Source: Chiloscyllium plagiosum (taxonomy: Eukaryota). Taken from it: a DNA stretch of 64,000 nucleotides. The position numbers and the translations under genes are program-made. The stretch is from assembly GCF_004010195.1 (NCBI RefSeq), contig NC_057728.1, forward strand, positions 44,435,729-44,499,728, in the 5' to 3' direction. Positions 13,041 through 26,506 of the stretch are shown in pieces. Numbering within the stretch: position 1 is the first letter of the stretch; each line of letters begins with the position of its first letter. The notes beneath the pieces were generated by a model that saw only the letters and a list, made by a program, of their open reading frames with translations, did no database searches and had not been told where the DNA came from.

Positions 13041-15353
13041 AATGGGAAAACGTCTGCATTCTTAGTGTCAGGTGGTTGTCATCGCAAGATCTGTCATTGT
13101 AATAGGCATTCATTCTTATCACAAGTCAAACCTAACTAAACAAAAAGATTGCAATCAGAACGCATCCTACATATCAACCAGTGCAAATAAGACTATAAAT
13201 TGGCAACACAACAATATCTGGATTCTTTTTCAATTGCTCAGTGTGCCAGGTTTTGTAGCAGTAATCTCTGCTCTTGGAAGAGTGGGCACTCCTCCAGCAA
13301 TCATTTACCTGACTCAACAGAGCATTAGTTGAATGAGTCTTGGAAGACCATAAACGTTTAGTTATAAATCTGAAAGTACAGGAGAAAAGCTTCCAACCTT
13401 GTACATGTGTTCTTGCTTCAAAGAAGCCAAGGGCTGAGTTAGCTCAGTTGGCCAGGAATGTGGTGTAGAACAGTGCAATCCTTGTACTGGCATGAGTAGT
13501 TCTGAGGCCTGCTTGAAGAAACCATGATTACCAGGCCTCAGTGAACTACAACAAAGGGCAAAAGCAGAGAAAGAGTACCAGTCATTCATTGGCCACCTAA
13601 GACACCTTGGATCCCATTTCCCTCTGGGATCATGTGAAACCACCTCGCCACTTTAATCAAAATCTTTAGAATGTGGTCAGCTATAAAATGTGTGGCATTT
13701 GAAATCACTTACAGCTTGGATACAAAAACAACACTAAGGAATGAACCGTCATTTAAATATACACGACAACTATTTGACATCACCTATTGTATCGATTTAG
13801 ACAATGGTCTAGTCACAATCAGAGATGAAGCAGTGTTAACAGACCCATCTTGAAAAACAATGATTGTTTTAGTTCCAAGGTGGAAGAATCTTGTGATGGT
13901 CTTGAGCTATTTCTGTCCACTTGGCAATATAAATGCAATTATTCAGCCAAAGATTTGCTTGACAATGAATTCTGCTTCACTTAATCTCTTATGAACAATG
14001 GCAATATAAACAAAATAGACCACACACAATTTTGGATGGGATTATGGTCTATTCATTATGACATGTTATCCTTTGTCCCTAACCAGAATCCACTAGATGC
14101 TGGAAAAGCTGCATTCCAAATGGGGAGATATGTATATTCTTAACAGCCCCATTATGTTATGGCAAATGTAAAACGTACCAAAGCTCCCCTTTTTAGTAAT
14201 AGTGGTTGCCAATAACAATTTTCAAGTGGACATATATAAGGTGATTACACCTGAATATGTTTTGTGTAACGAAAGTCCTGATGGAAGTCCAAAGCCAGGG
14301 GCAAAAATTCAACAGTATGTGCATGACTCATAACTCCATTTCATAAGACTTAGGAAACTAATTGGTTGGCAAGAGGGCTGCTCACCCATTATGGACAGCC
14401 ACTCCCCCAACAGCGCTCCTCCAGGAACTACCAACTAACCCGGAGTTGTGGCCAGTGCTGTAACTTCAACAGGAAGAAGAACATGCTGCAGGTGATTACC
14501 TGACTAAGTGGGGTTAGTGAGCATTGGGTCCATGTCAGGCAGGTACCAATGAGCTCTGGTGGGGAATGTCGGTGAGAACAAATAGTGTGGTTACAATAGA
14601 GATGATCATTGCCATGAGGTGAGAGGGGTCTCTATGAGCCAATGATTATGAAAATAGAATGTCCCCCTCTACTGACTCCACTGGGGTTCACTGGGAGTTC
14701 TCCCCTTGCAGTGTACGACCTAGCTGGCAAGATGCCAGTGCATCAGGAAGTTGCCTCTTATGTTGTCCAATTGGCCACTGGAGATGACAGCCATTCTCCA
14801 GCTTCCCTGTCACTTAAAATGGTGTGGCAGCAGGAAGAATAACAGGCACTCCACCAGGGCCTTCTCTCATAATTCCATGAGGTCACTTTATCTCCCAATC
14901 CACCCTCATTGAGTTAACTAAATGCAGCCCCAGTTTCTCCAGGACCACCTTCCTTTAAGCCAGAACTTCCAAAACTATTTTCCAGCATGACTCCATTTTA
15001 ATGTGTGAAAATTAGCATGACCCAAGATGCCAACACAAACAAAACAAAAGTAAATAGCAGCATGACATTCACTATATGATTCATAAAGTTTGCATACTAT
15101 AGATCAACATCTAAAAGCATCAGCATTTTGTGGGTTCAATGGTGTAATGATGAGTGGACTGGACTCTGATTCTACAATGAATTTCAACTAAAATTTGTAC
15201 TCAGATTTCTGCAATGTCCCTGCTGTTGGTCAGTATTCTTTGACAGGTGTCTGCCCCAGAATGGATCTTTAATAGCTATGTGTTCCCTTTTGCCATGATG
15301 CACTCAACTTGCAATATATATATTTACCATTGGTGCAAATTGTTTTCATAATC

Positions 15354-15665
15354 TAGAATCCCTACAGAGCAGAAAGAGGCCATTTAGCCTGCACTGACCC
15401 AAACAGCATCTCACCAAGATCAACTCCCCTCCACCAACTCTGTAACCCCACATTAACCAGGGCTATCCTATCTATCCTGCACAATATAGCACAGCCAATC
15501 CACCTAACCTGCATATCAATGGATAGTAGGAGGAAACCAGAGCACCCAGCAGAAGCATGAAGAATGTCTAAAGTTCACACAGACAGTCTGCCTGAGGCTA
15601 AAATCGAACTCAGGTCCCTGATGTTGTGAGGTAGCAGTACTAACCACTGTACCACGATACTGCCC
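15354..15665 (-). mobile_element. HE1-like V-SINE, diverged
   Basis: Collinear with 7822-8138. Confidence 0.8.
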
Positions 15666-18444
15666 CTGCCTGGTTTCTATTACAGCACAGACAGGTGTAG
15701 CACCATTTTGTTGGCCAGTTGTTGCTGCGTAGAGGAGTAGTTGAGCAGCTTTAGTAACATTTTAAATTGAAGATAAGAAATTATTTTTGTTTGAATCTCC
15801 TGAAAAGAATTTGCATCTTTTATTTCTGTGGGAGATTATCAGTCTAAAGGTTTGATATCAGACCAGAATCTGTGCTATTTGCTATTGAAAGAGGCACAGT
15901 CAAGAATGGCTTCAATTACCTTTGCATAATAATATATTGTAATTTTATTTGATCCATATGCACTTTGTTCTTGGGCTTTTGCCAGACCTTACTGGTCACT
16001 ACTGGTTCCTTTAATATTCCAGGAAGCAAACAGTCATGGTAGACTCGTGCCAGAGATGGCATCAGAACAGAGAATAGAACAAAGAATTGACTGTCTAGCT
16101 AAATCCTCTGATTTAGAATTTCCTTCTCCTGACCAGAAAATGCACTTTCTGAGAATGCTAGTTTGTTACAAATGTTCCCTACATTATATCAGATCTGAAT
16201 CCTATTGTTTGATTTCTGACAGTTATTTTGGAATTTTGTCTTAGAATTGTTGTACTTTTTGTTTACTTTTGGTGCTTAATGCGGCTCTTTTGCACCTGCA
16301 GGTTTAATTTGCAGCTTTTCCCTCAGCTTTGACTTAGTGGAGATGAAGTACTGATTTTCGCTGATGTCAATCTCTATGGTTCACCGCAGCAGTCTTTTTT
16401 TACAGGGCAGTTTGTTTTCGAATGGTCCAGATGTTAACAAGTTAGGAATGTGTGAGGTGCAGGAACATCTTAAAGTGGTTCACTTTCAGCTTGCACTTTT
16501 CTTCAGATAAATCATGATCCTGTTCCTCTGCATGGATGATGCACACCAGAGAAAACAAATCCATTTACACACTTATGAAATTATCAACTAATCACAGCTC
16601 TGCTCAATGGTTTAATGATATCACCAGAACCATCACAAATCAATTTCAGAAAGTAGAACTGTCCGCTGTATTATTCATGAGAGCTACTGATGGTTGTTTT
16701 TCGTCAAAACAAATGTTGAAGATCATAAGAGTTTTGTGTCATTTCATTTTCTTAAACTAAATGTTGATTTCTGATGTCCTGCTGACCTGTCAGAATTCAA
16801 ACTTTAGAGATTTAATGTAGATGAAATAACACGCAGAATGGAAGCTTGCTCATGCAGTATACAGAATGTATCTGCACTCATAGACCACAATGTTATAATG
16901 TTATGTGCAAAATCCGTTTTTCACACATTTTTTTAAATACTTCTTTCTTCAAGATGGTGGGACTACTTACTGTTCCAACAAACTGCAAAGCTTAAGCATA
17001 TTAGATTCTTGTCATCCTGATTTAACCCAATTTCCTCCTGATATAGCAAACCATTCCTCGTTAATTTTAGATGTGCAAAAAATGCAGTTACAAACACTTA
17101 ACGTTTGATCTGACTGTATTCTACTATAAATAGTGTTGAGAGAAAAGAAATATGTAAGTCATTTAGCTGCAATGTATTAAATGTTAATCATAGATTTTAA
17201 AATAAATGTGTCACTGAAAATCTGCAAGTACATCATGCAAAATTGTTGCCACATTTAAAATTAGATAGGCTAGTGTATGTGAAATACACAGATAAACTAT
17301 TTCAAATATTTTACTTTTAAATTTAGTAACTCTTCCTGATAACTGATCTTCGACCCCAGATCAGGGACAAAGTAAATGTGCTGAAATGCTCTGTCATCTC
17401 TGATGGATATTTCAGACTACTGCTTTGAAATCTATTTTAGCATTCAGAAGACCTCCCTGCGTTTCCTACGCAACTAAAATAGCCTTTTCATAAAGATTTA
17501 ACAGTTTAGGTTCTACTTGAAATTCTTTTTGTCCCTTTTTTATAATTTAGATTTTCATGTTGATGAAAGTTTGTGGAGCTCTGTGTAATTTCCTTCTTCT
17601 GTGCCCCTAGCCTTGCCTGTTCTGCAACCCCTGGTGTGAAGAGAACGAAACTGTATCTTTGTGCAGGAAACCAGATAAAAGACTTCCTTTTCCTCTCTGT
17701 GGACATCTGTGGTAATCACGTTCTATTACAAATCATTAGAATCGTTCAATTTTGACACATCACACAGATATTCATATATGTGTTCTTGCAGGAGGGTTTG
17801 GTAGGGAACTGGTAAATGCACAGATGACGATGCAAGGTTTCTTTCTTCATGCACCTTTATACTTTACATGAAAATGGAAAATATAATCTGATGAAAGCTA
17901 ATTTTGGATCACAGAGAATACATTTTGAGATAGGAATTATACTCTGCTGGCTTCTGGAGTTAAATGAGAAGATGCTACTGTGGTGTGTTTACTGGCAAAC
18001 CAACTAGTGCAAACATCAAAACTAGCAGGAGACTCCATTTAAATACACTGCTCAGCCTGTGCTATTCAGCAGCACGGTAGGGCACAAGAAAATGCCTGGC
18101 CCTTTCTATTCTCTTTCAAATGATTTCACTGCATACCTTATCAATATTATTATGATGCATGCACAACATTATGAATATTCAGTGCCACCTGTGCCCAGAG
18201 AACAGCAGGGAATGGTACCAAGCCAAAAAAGAAGAATGCATGATCTCAAAAAGCCGTGCGGCTCTTGGAAATGCACTCAGCTATTGAAATAGATAGATGG
18301 CAATGTAGAGAGTCTTGTGCTGGCCTCAGGCAATTGCCTGAGTGCCTGAAGCATCAGACAGTCATTTTCCATTGCCTGCCTTCTCTGTCTATTTCAACCT
18401 GAGAGAATGGCGCTCACATATTATTTCCTACTACCTTCCTTTCA

Positions 18445-18930
18445 GATAAATCTGAATGCATCATGGCTTGGAGCAGCAACTGCTCTGTGCAGGACTGTAG
18501 GAAACTACAGAAAGTTTTGAACACAGCCCAGACCATCACGCAAGCCAACCTTCCATCCATGGACTCCATCTACACTTCTTGTTGCTGCAGAGAGGTAGTC
18601 AACATTATCAAAAACCTCTCCCACCTGGATTTAAATCTCTTCCAACCTCTTCCGCCGCTCAGAAGATGCTAAAGCTTAAATAGATGTACCAACAGGTTCA
18701 AGAACAACTTCTTCCCCAATGTTATTAGAGTTCTGAATGGACTTGTCAAATTTCAAATCTAATGTTGATCTTCCTTTTTATGCACCTTCCTTGTAGCCAT
18801 CACTTTGTATTCTTCACTCTGTTTAATCACCCAATGATCTTTATGTCTTTGTATGTTATGATCTACTTATATTGCATGCAAAGCTAAACTTTTCACTGCA
18901 CTTAGGTACATATGACAATAATAAATATTT
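18445..18930 (+). mobile_element. Rex1/Babar LINE 3' fragment
   Basis: CIMAWSSNCSVQDCRKLQKVLNTAQTITQANLPSMDSIYTS..NIIKNLSH..LFQPLP..RR..TNRFKNNFFPNVIRVLN; tail ttttcactgcacttaggtacatatgacaataa. Confidence 0.85.
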
Positions 18931-20745
18931 TAAAAATCTAACACAGTATTGGGTAGCACAGGAGGAAGGTGACGGTGATGAGGAATATGTAGATTGTCAC
19001 TAGCCCACCACCAAAATCACAGCTGCATGACACTGCTATGCATCAAGTGAGCAGCACATTCTCTAAGCTTTAAAGCATCATGAAGTGAAACACAGTAGGT
19101 AAGACAAGTCTGCTTAAAACTGTCTTCCAGAGATAACAGCAGTGGCACTCCATGCTGGGCCACTTGCCATGGATGAGGACTCTTCCGTGCAGTAGGAAGA
19201 GCCAATAACATCTGGCAATAAGAAGAAACATAACTACAAGTGCCCATGTAGAATCCAGACCTGCTGCTGGAATACTCCTGACATTGGTTGGGTCTGCAAG
19301 GAGCAGAGATGGAGATATATAAAACTTGCTGGCATATGACCCTGTGAGAAGCAGGCAGAAACAAGTGCTGTATCTGCAGGCCAAATCTCACCGCCAACAA
19401 CAACAACAAAAAAAAGCTGCTTACAAATTTGTTTTCTGCCTGCAGAAATTTAGTCTGAAAAAAAATCTTCAAATCATCTTCTGTCAAGAACTCTTCATAT
19501 GCACCTTTCGCAGCTGATCTGGACAGCAGCTGCATCGCATTGAACTGTGTGTAACTTGCCCTGAGCATAGCAGCTGTGTAAAGTCCGGAAACTCAAGAGG
19601 TCTTTTGCCACTGGCTCTCATTCTGACCTATGTAAATAGTGGCTACACAGCAGACAGATCACTGCACAGCTCCAGGACTGCAAGGAGTCTCAGAGGCTGC
19701 TTGAATCAGGCAGAATTAAAGAGCCTCCCGAGATTTTCCTCAACAAACAAAACTTGTAATCATGTTCCAGCACCACCAGAACATGGAGAACAATAAGGAA
19801 ATTCTCTAGACTTTTGTACTGTGCATGCTTTCAAATACTGCATGACTCAATTATTTTTCCCTCTTTGTGGTAAACATAATGGGTGTTTGTTCGATATCAC
19901 ACATGCAATTGGAAATGATTTTATTTTGTGGTCACAGGCAAGTGTGGGTGAGCAATGATCAAAAATCCTGTGCTAATCCACAGGAAATACAATTGGATTC
20001 TGCAGGCTGAAAGAACAGTTTTATACTTCCAGAGCAGAAAGTTAAACACTGCCTGGCCCAAGCACTGACTGAAAGACGGATCAAATGAAGAGAATAAGAC
20101 ATTAGTCTAGTAGACAAGGAGGAAATTATTTTGGCACGAGAAGCCACTGAAGGAAAACCCTGCCAGAAAACCTTAAGAAGAAGTGCACATTCTAAACCTG
20201 AGGAAGTAAATCACACAAAAAGAGGCATTGAAAATGTTTGCTGCTCAACCGACAGGATGAAAAAGAAGTGCGAGAGGAGGAGCTGGGAGTTAAGCTCCAA
20301 ATATATCTTGAATATTTGCCAAACCGTTGGTAGTCTAAGGGTTGAAAAATAGCTGCAGAAACAGAGACTGACTGCAGCAGCTGGGATTATATCTTACTGC
20401 TTTGAAAAGGTTGTGGTTTTGGTCAGAAAAAGGCAACGGCAACGAGGCGTAATTGAAGTCTACTTTTCAAAAAGCCCAGTTAATGAAAATACATAATAAA
20501 AGATTAGAATGTTTAGAGTATGCAACAGTTCAGGCAAACGTTATTAGCATCCCATGCTCTCAGGTAGCTCTGTGGAGTGCCAGGACAGGTTGGGTGTCTA
20601 ATATCTGTACATCTGAAAACTGAAAAGACCGAAAAATCTAAGGCCTTTTTTTGGAAGTGGACCTAATCAGACAGACCTGCAGACACTGCTAAGTTCTGGC
20701 CCTTTGAAAAATTTCATTTGACCCAAAAGGACCCATATCATATTT

Positions 20746-21033
20746 GGGGTGGCATGGTGGCTCAGTGGCTAGCACTGCTGCCTCACAACACTAGGGACCT
20801 AGGTTCAATTCCAGCCTTGGGTGACTGTCTGTGTAGAGTTTGCATATTCTCCCTGTGTCTGTGTGGGTTTCCTCATGTACAGGTTAAGTGAATTGGCCAT
20901 GCTAAATTGCCCCTAGTGTTCAGGTTAGGTACATTAGTCAGGGATAAATTTAAGATTTGGGTGGGAGACTCTTTGCAGGGCCAGCATGGATTTGTTGGGC
21001 TAAAGGGCCTGTTTCCACACGGTAGGGATTCTA
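20746..21033 (+). mobile_element. HE1-like V-SINE with internal deletion
   Basis: ggggtggcatggtggctcagtggctagcactgctgcctcac head; aagggcctgtttccacac tail. Confidence 0.85.
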
Positions 21034-21469
21034 AAATAAAAACCTGAAAGGCAAAGTTTATTTCCAAAGGTTGGACTCAGTGAGTCTACAGGTCTTTTGA
21101 GTACATTTGGGCCCTTTGGATAAAAGCCTCACTTTTATGTCTGGTCACATTAAGCAAAGCTTGTTCCAGAGGGACCAGAGTAGACTTAGAAACCACAAAT
21201 CATCTTTACCCAAAATCAGTTGTTTTGGTAAAGGATTCCTGACCTGTACAAATTTAATAATACCATTAATAAAATCACACTTGCACGTGATCATAAAATG
21301 AAATTGTGATTGTAAACATTTGCCACTAAAAGATAAAAAAAGAGGTTGATTGGGTGTCCATGCTTAAATACTTTTGGCTGCAACTCACTTCAGGAAACTT
21401 GGATTAGGGAGGGAAAAATCAGAAGACTCCTGAGAACTGACATGCATAGCAGTTTGCATGTGTGAATGT

Positions 21470-22170
21470 TGAGTGCAAACAGTTATTTGTGAATGAGGGG
21501 AAGGCAAGTGATGACTGGAGCCAAGGAGAAATGACTGTTTCTCATGACATTGAAAAAAACAATTGACTCATTCTGTTCTTGACCTCAAATAGATTGTTAA
21601 AGAGTCTAGACAGTTTTTGGATCGATGGAGGAGGCAGAGTCATATAGTGGCAGATGCAGAACTTGGCATTGTGCTTCGAGATTATGTCACCCAAGCTAAT
21701 AATATAAACAGTGATGAAAGAAACCAAGGATGGACTCCCATCACTTTTAGGTTCTGTGTTGGCTAGATTTGATTTCTGAAATTTTAAACCTTACCACTTA
21801 ATCTATATTCAAATATACACAGGTGTGGGAATTATCCATTCAAATAAAAAAATGCACTTAATATGGTATCTTTCAATATATTAAAATCCAAAGCTGCTCC
21901 CGACAAATTTATGGATCGTGAGCAAATACTGAAGAAGATGAAAAGATCTGATGGTCATGATGGCAGGTTGGAGATAGAGACAGGTGAAACAGTTTCATGA
22001 CCGAGCCCCAGTACGTAGGGCTGAATATTTGGTCATCAATGGAGAGAGGTTTGATGGAAGTGAAATAGAACTGGAAGAACAAATGATGTATGCTAGCAAG
22101 TAGAGGGAAGAGGTTGCTGAAATAGATTGAGATCAATTCAGAATGCATGCCCAGTTAGATAAGAAAATCT
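21470..22170 (-). mobile_element. Ancient L2-like LINE RT relic
   Basis: Minus-strand peptide ..VYIISLGDIISKHNAKFCIC resembles the L2 RT motif preceding YADD. Confidence 0.5.
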
Positions 22171-22999
22171 AAGTTGTTATGATATTTTGTGTCAATCTAA
22201 TTTAGTTTATGGTTATCATTGAGAGTAAATTCTATAGTTGACAGCCTTAACAAAGGTTTTCTAAAATGGTTCTATTGAAAGCTTATCTTAAAGAAGAACC
22301 TTATTAAGTGATGCAAATAGGCCTTTTGTGTAAGTAGCATATGTTACTAGCCAACTCAGTCCAATTTGCATTTGATTATGACTTATAGCAGAAGTCTGGA
22401 GTTCTGAGGTTCTTGGGGAGGAAGGGACAATGTTGCTTTTGCCGAAACATTGTCACCCAGCAAGAAATTATTCTTGTTCAGCTACAGGAGAAAAGGTGGT
22501 TAATTGGTGAATATCTGGTAAATCTTTAAAGTTTATTCTATTCCTCAAGGTTAAAATAGTATACTTTGAGCAAGAGGTGAGTGACAGTGAATAAAAGGCA
22601 ATTACTGAGAGGCCTACCTGCAGTGAGATGAGAGATGGAGTGACAACTTGATCCACAATGTGATGCAAATACTAAGAAAGCTGATTTGTGAGTATTTCTA
22701 AACTTAAAAGTTAAAGTAAGATCTTTAGTTTGAGTTTAGGTTTCTAGTCTTCTCTTCTTTTTAGAAAAAAACTTGGAAAGTATAAGATTGATACCTGTGT
22801 TAAAAAAAAACAATGAAGTGTAAGGAGCAAGGGATACTCAATTTTAAGAGCAGAGTTACGAGAATAAGTAATTCAAAATTAAATCAAATATGATGGTGAT
22901 GGCAGATCAGTTAACATCTTTCTGCTGCAGCATTTGAGACCTTCTGGACACCAAGGTGATCCAGAGTAAATACAGCTGTAATAAGTCTTTGCAGCTCAA

Positions 23000-23260
23000 G
23001 GGGGAAGTTATGGAGTGAATTTTATAAAGGGGTCAGAGTTTTAACAAGTGGAGTCCTATGTCTGAAGTTAGAATCTGTTCATTTGTAATAAATAATCATG
23101 CTTTTTAAGTATATAAACATGGACCCTGACTTTTGTCAACCAGTCTTAAAGATAAGTACACTGGGGAATTCTGCATACTTTCACAAAAGTCGTTAACATT
23201 TGTGACAGCTCTGAGAATATTGGGATTTAATTTCCAGTGCTAACCCAAAGAGGCCGAACA
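23000..23260 (+). mobile_element. LTR 3' fragment, same family as 51540-52033
   Basis: Shared tttataa.ggg(g)..agagtttta block and ..ggccg(t)aaca terminus. Confidence 0.45.
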
Positions 23261-23908
23261 TTGCAGGTGAGGGAGGTAGGGAGTCACTGAGGGCAGAATT
23301 TGAGGAGACTAAGCCCCTGTAACTGCCCAACAGTTATGAGGGTTTTGCAAGTTGTGTGGTTGACAGTAGGGACTGTGGGAGAATGAACTAACTAAACATG
23401 GTACCACAGTAAAGGGAGAGATTCCAGTACCGGGAGGAAATAGGAATGAAAGCCAAATTTCAGGACATCTCTTCTTGGCTAGACAGCAACTTGGGTGGGG
23501 GAATAAGGTGTAGTTGTCATGGTTCACACAGGTACCATCGAAGAACTAAGAAAGAGCTTCAGCTGAGGGATTATGAGCAACCTGAGTGCTAAAATAAATA
23601 GCAGAAACATAGAGGTAACAATCTCTAGATTATCATCTAAATCACATTAAAATTCGCACGGGGAAATAATATTTGAGTAAATGTGTGGCTTAAAATTGTT
23701 ATAGGAGAAATGGGTTTCTTATGGAACACAGGGACAACTAGCCATTTGGATACAGAAATGGCTCAAAGTTAGAAGACACAGGGTGGTGGTGAAAGGTTGT
23801 TTCTCAGACTGGAGGCCTGTGACCGGTGGAGTGCCACAAGGGTTGGTGCTGGGTCCACTATTTTTCATCATTTATATAAATGATTTGGATGTGAGCATAA
23901 GAGGTATA

Positions 23909-25324
23909 CAGAGGAACCCGATTAGCCGAACGAGATGGGCAGGCACTATTTTGTCAGATAATTGATTATTCGGTGAATTGATCTCCTCTGGGGCTCAGAA
24001 TTTACTGTGAAGTCTCCCCCCCACCCCCCGTTCAGGAGACTAGGCAAAAGCACACTGCGCACAAGATGCCGCCCTCCCTCAACCCCATCCACTCCCAGCC
24101 AGCACCCCCACCCGCCCCAAACCCCACCCGCCCCCAACCCCGTCAGCTCCCACCCAGCACCCTGCNNNNNNNNNNNNNNNNNNNNNNNNNNNNNNNNNNN
24201 NNNNNNNNNNNNNNNNNNNNNNNNNNNNNNNNNNNNNNNNNNNNNNNNNNNNNNNNNNNNNNNNNNNNNNNNNNNNNNNNNNNNNNNNNNNNNNNNNNNN
24301 NNNNNNNNNNNNNNNNNNNNNNNNNNNNNNNNNNNNNNNNNNNNNNNNNNNNNNNNNNNNNNNNNNNNNNNNNNNNNNNNNNNNNNNNNNNNNNNNNNNN
24401 NNNNNNNNNNNNNNNNNNNNNNNNNNNNNNNNNNNNNNNNNNNNNNNNNNNNNNNNNNNNNNNNNNNNNNNNNNNNNNNNNNNNNNNNNNNNNNNNNNNN
24501 NNNNNNNNNNNNNNNNNNNNNNNNNNNNNNNNNNNNNNNNNNNNNNNNNNNNNNNNNNNNNNNNNNNNNNNNNNNNNNNNNNNNTTCTCCCCTGCCCCCA
24601 CCACCTGCCACCAACCCCATCCAACTCTGCGCCCCTGTGCGCTCCTGTCTGCACCAACCCCGCGGCCCCAACTGTGCACTCCCAACCCCGCATCCCTGTC
24701 CATCCCCACCCGTCTGACTGTCACCCCAGTCCAACCCACACCCCCCACCTCGGGGCAGCCTGACTGTACACCAACAGGGAGACTGCTGCTGCCTTTGTGG
24801 AGTAAGTCTCCAAATAGTGTGTGCGTGCGCACACACACACACACACAAACACGCGCGCGCGTGCACACACACAAACGCGTGCCCACACACACACACAAAC
24901 ACACACACACGCGCGTGCACAAACACACACACACGCAAACACACACACACAAAAAACACACACACGTGCACGGGCACACACAACTTTTTGCAGGTTCCAC
25001 CTTAGCCCTGTACAGGACAATGTTGGAGAGATTATCTAGGGAAGTGGGGAGGGGGGGTTCAGGGTACACCCTGTGAAGAATTCCAGGGAAAGTGTGGGGC
25101 AAAAGAGAGAGGGCGGGAGGTCAGTCATTTAGAGATGGTGCCTGGACTGTCCAGGACTGTTCTCGGCAGCATTTTGGTAAGCCAAGTTTGTTTTTAATTA
25201 TTGTACCTGTAAACAAAAGGGTTGAAACAGCTCTTTGACGTAATGTTTCTATCAGGACCTTGAGATCCCCTTCGGATAATCTGATATTTGGATAATTGAT
25301 GTTCAGATAATTGAGGTTTCTCTG
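23909..25324. mobile_element. Non-autonomous pogo/Tigger-like (Tc1-mariner) DNA transposon
   Basis: Imperfect TIRs ta|cagaggaacccgattagccgaac ... gttcagataattgaggtttctctg; repeated (g/a)gataat subterminal motifs; interrupts CR1 RT, which resumes afterwards. Confidence 0.75.
24818..24982. repeat. Compound (CA)n/(CG)n microsatellite
   Basis: Seen directly; source of the HTHT/VCVC pseudo-ORFs. Confidence 0.95.
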
Positions 25325-25980
25325 ACATGAGTAATGGAAGTGTAGTGGACAGTGAATAAGATTACCTCAGATTTCAATGGGATCTTGATCAGATAGGCCA
25401 ATGTGCTAAGGAGTGGCAGATGGAGTTTAATTTTTTTAAATGTGAGGTACTGCATTTTGGGAAAACAGGCTCAGCCTGAACACTCTGTGACTTCCTTTGG
25501 TCACTGGCACATTGTCAGTGCCATCCTCCTGAACACATTCTATCGACCATTTTATCCATTTACTCAGCTTCAGGTTAAACTGGGGAAGGGCTGAGCTCAC
25601 CTAAAGCTGGCCAGTTCAGGAAGGAAAATAACGTGTGTGGAATGAGCTGCCAGAGGAAGTGGTGGAGGCTGGTACAATTGCAACATTTAAAAGGCATTTG
25701 GATGGGTATAGGAATAGGAAGGGTTTGGAAGGATATGGATCGGATGCTGGCAGGTGGGACTAGATTGGGTTGGGATATCTGGTCGGCATGGACAGGTTGG
25801 ACTGAAGGGTCTGTTTCCATGCTGCACATCTCTATGACTCTATGACACTATAAATCTTAGCAGGACTTAAAAAACTTAATGGTAAGGTCTGAGAGAGTGT
25901 TGCTGAACACAGAGACCTTGGAGTGCAGATTCATAGCTCCTTGAAAGTGGAGTCACAGGTAGATAGGATAGTTTAGAAGA

Positions 25981-26506
25981 TAAAAACAATGACTGCAGAT
26001 ACTGGAAACCAGATTCTGGATTAGTGGTGCTGGAAGAGCACAGCAGTTCAGGCAGCATCCGAGGAGCAGTAAAATTGATGTTTCAGGCAAAAGCCCTTCA
26101 TCAGGAATACAGACCGAGAGCCTGAAGGGTGGAGAGATAAGCTAGAGGAGGGAGAAAGTAGCATAGAGTACAATAGGTGAGTGGGGGAGGGGATGAAAGT
26201 GATAGGTCAGGGAGGAGGGTAGAGTGGATAGGTGGAAAATAAGATAGGCAGGTAGGACAAGTCATGGGGACAGTGCTGAGCTGGAAGTTTGGAACTAGAG
26301 TGAGGTGGAGGAAGGGGAAATGAGGAAACTGTTGAAGTCCACATTGATGCCCTTTCTCCCCACCCCACCCTCCTCTAGCTTATCTTTTCACCCTTCAGGC
26401 TCTCTGCCTTTATTCCTGATGAAGGGCTTTTGCCCGAAACGTCGATTTTACTGCTCCTCGGGTGCTGCCTGAATTGCTGTGCTCTTCCAGCGCCACTAAT
26501 CCAGAA
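25981..26506. mobile_element. PLE insertion with inverted pLTR halves and two hammerhead motifs
   Basis: Minus half ~25981-26353, plus half ~26354-26506; flanks atagtttagaaga / atagtgaagaagg imperfectly duplicate the CR1 target. Confidence 0.85.
26411..26448 (+). ncRNA. Minimal type I hammerhead ribozyme motif (PLE-associated)
   Basis: CUGAUGA (26416-26422), extra A, helix II GGGC-UUUU-GCCC, GAAAC-GUC; predicted cleavage after 26443. Confidence 0.7.

Noticed and set aside
19017..19568. 183-aa minus-strand ORF
   Set aside because: No recognisable domain, crosses simple A/CAA runs, no clear splice or start context
19938..20352. Purine-rich exon-like stretch after a good acceptor
   Set aside because: The best frame has several stops and no recognisable homology
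23946..25102. Long ORFs of 200-345 aa
   Set aside because: Artefacts of the N gap plus C-rich and CA-repeat low-complexity sequence
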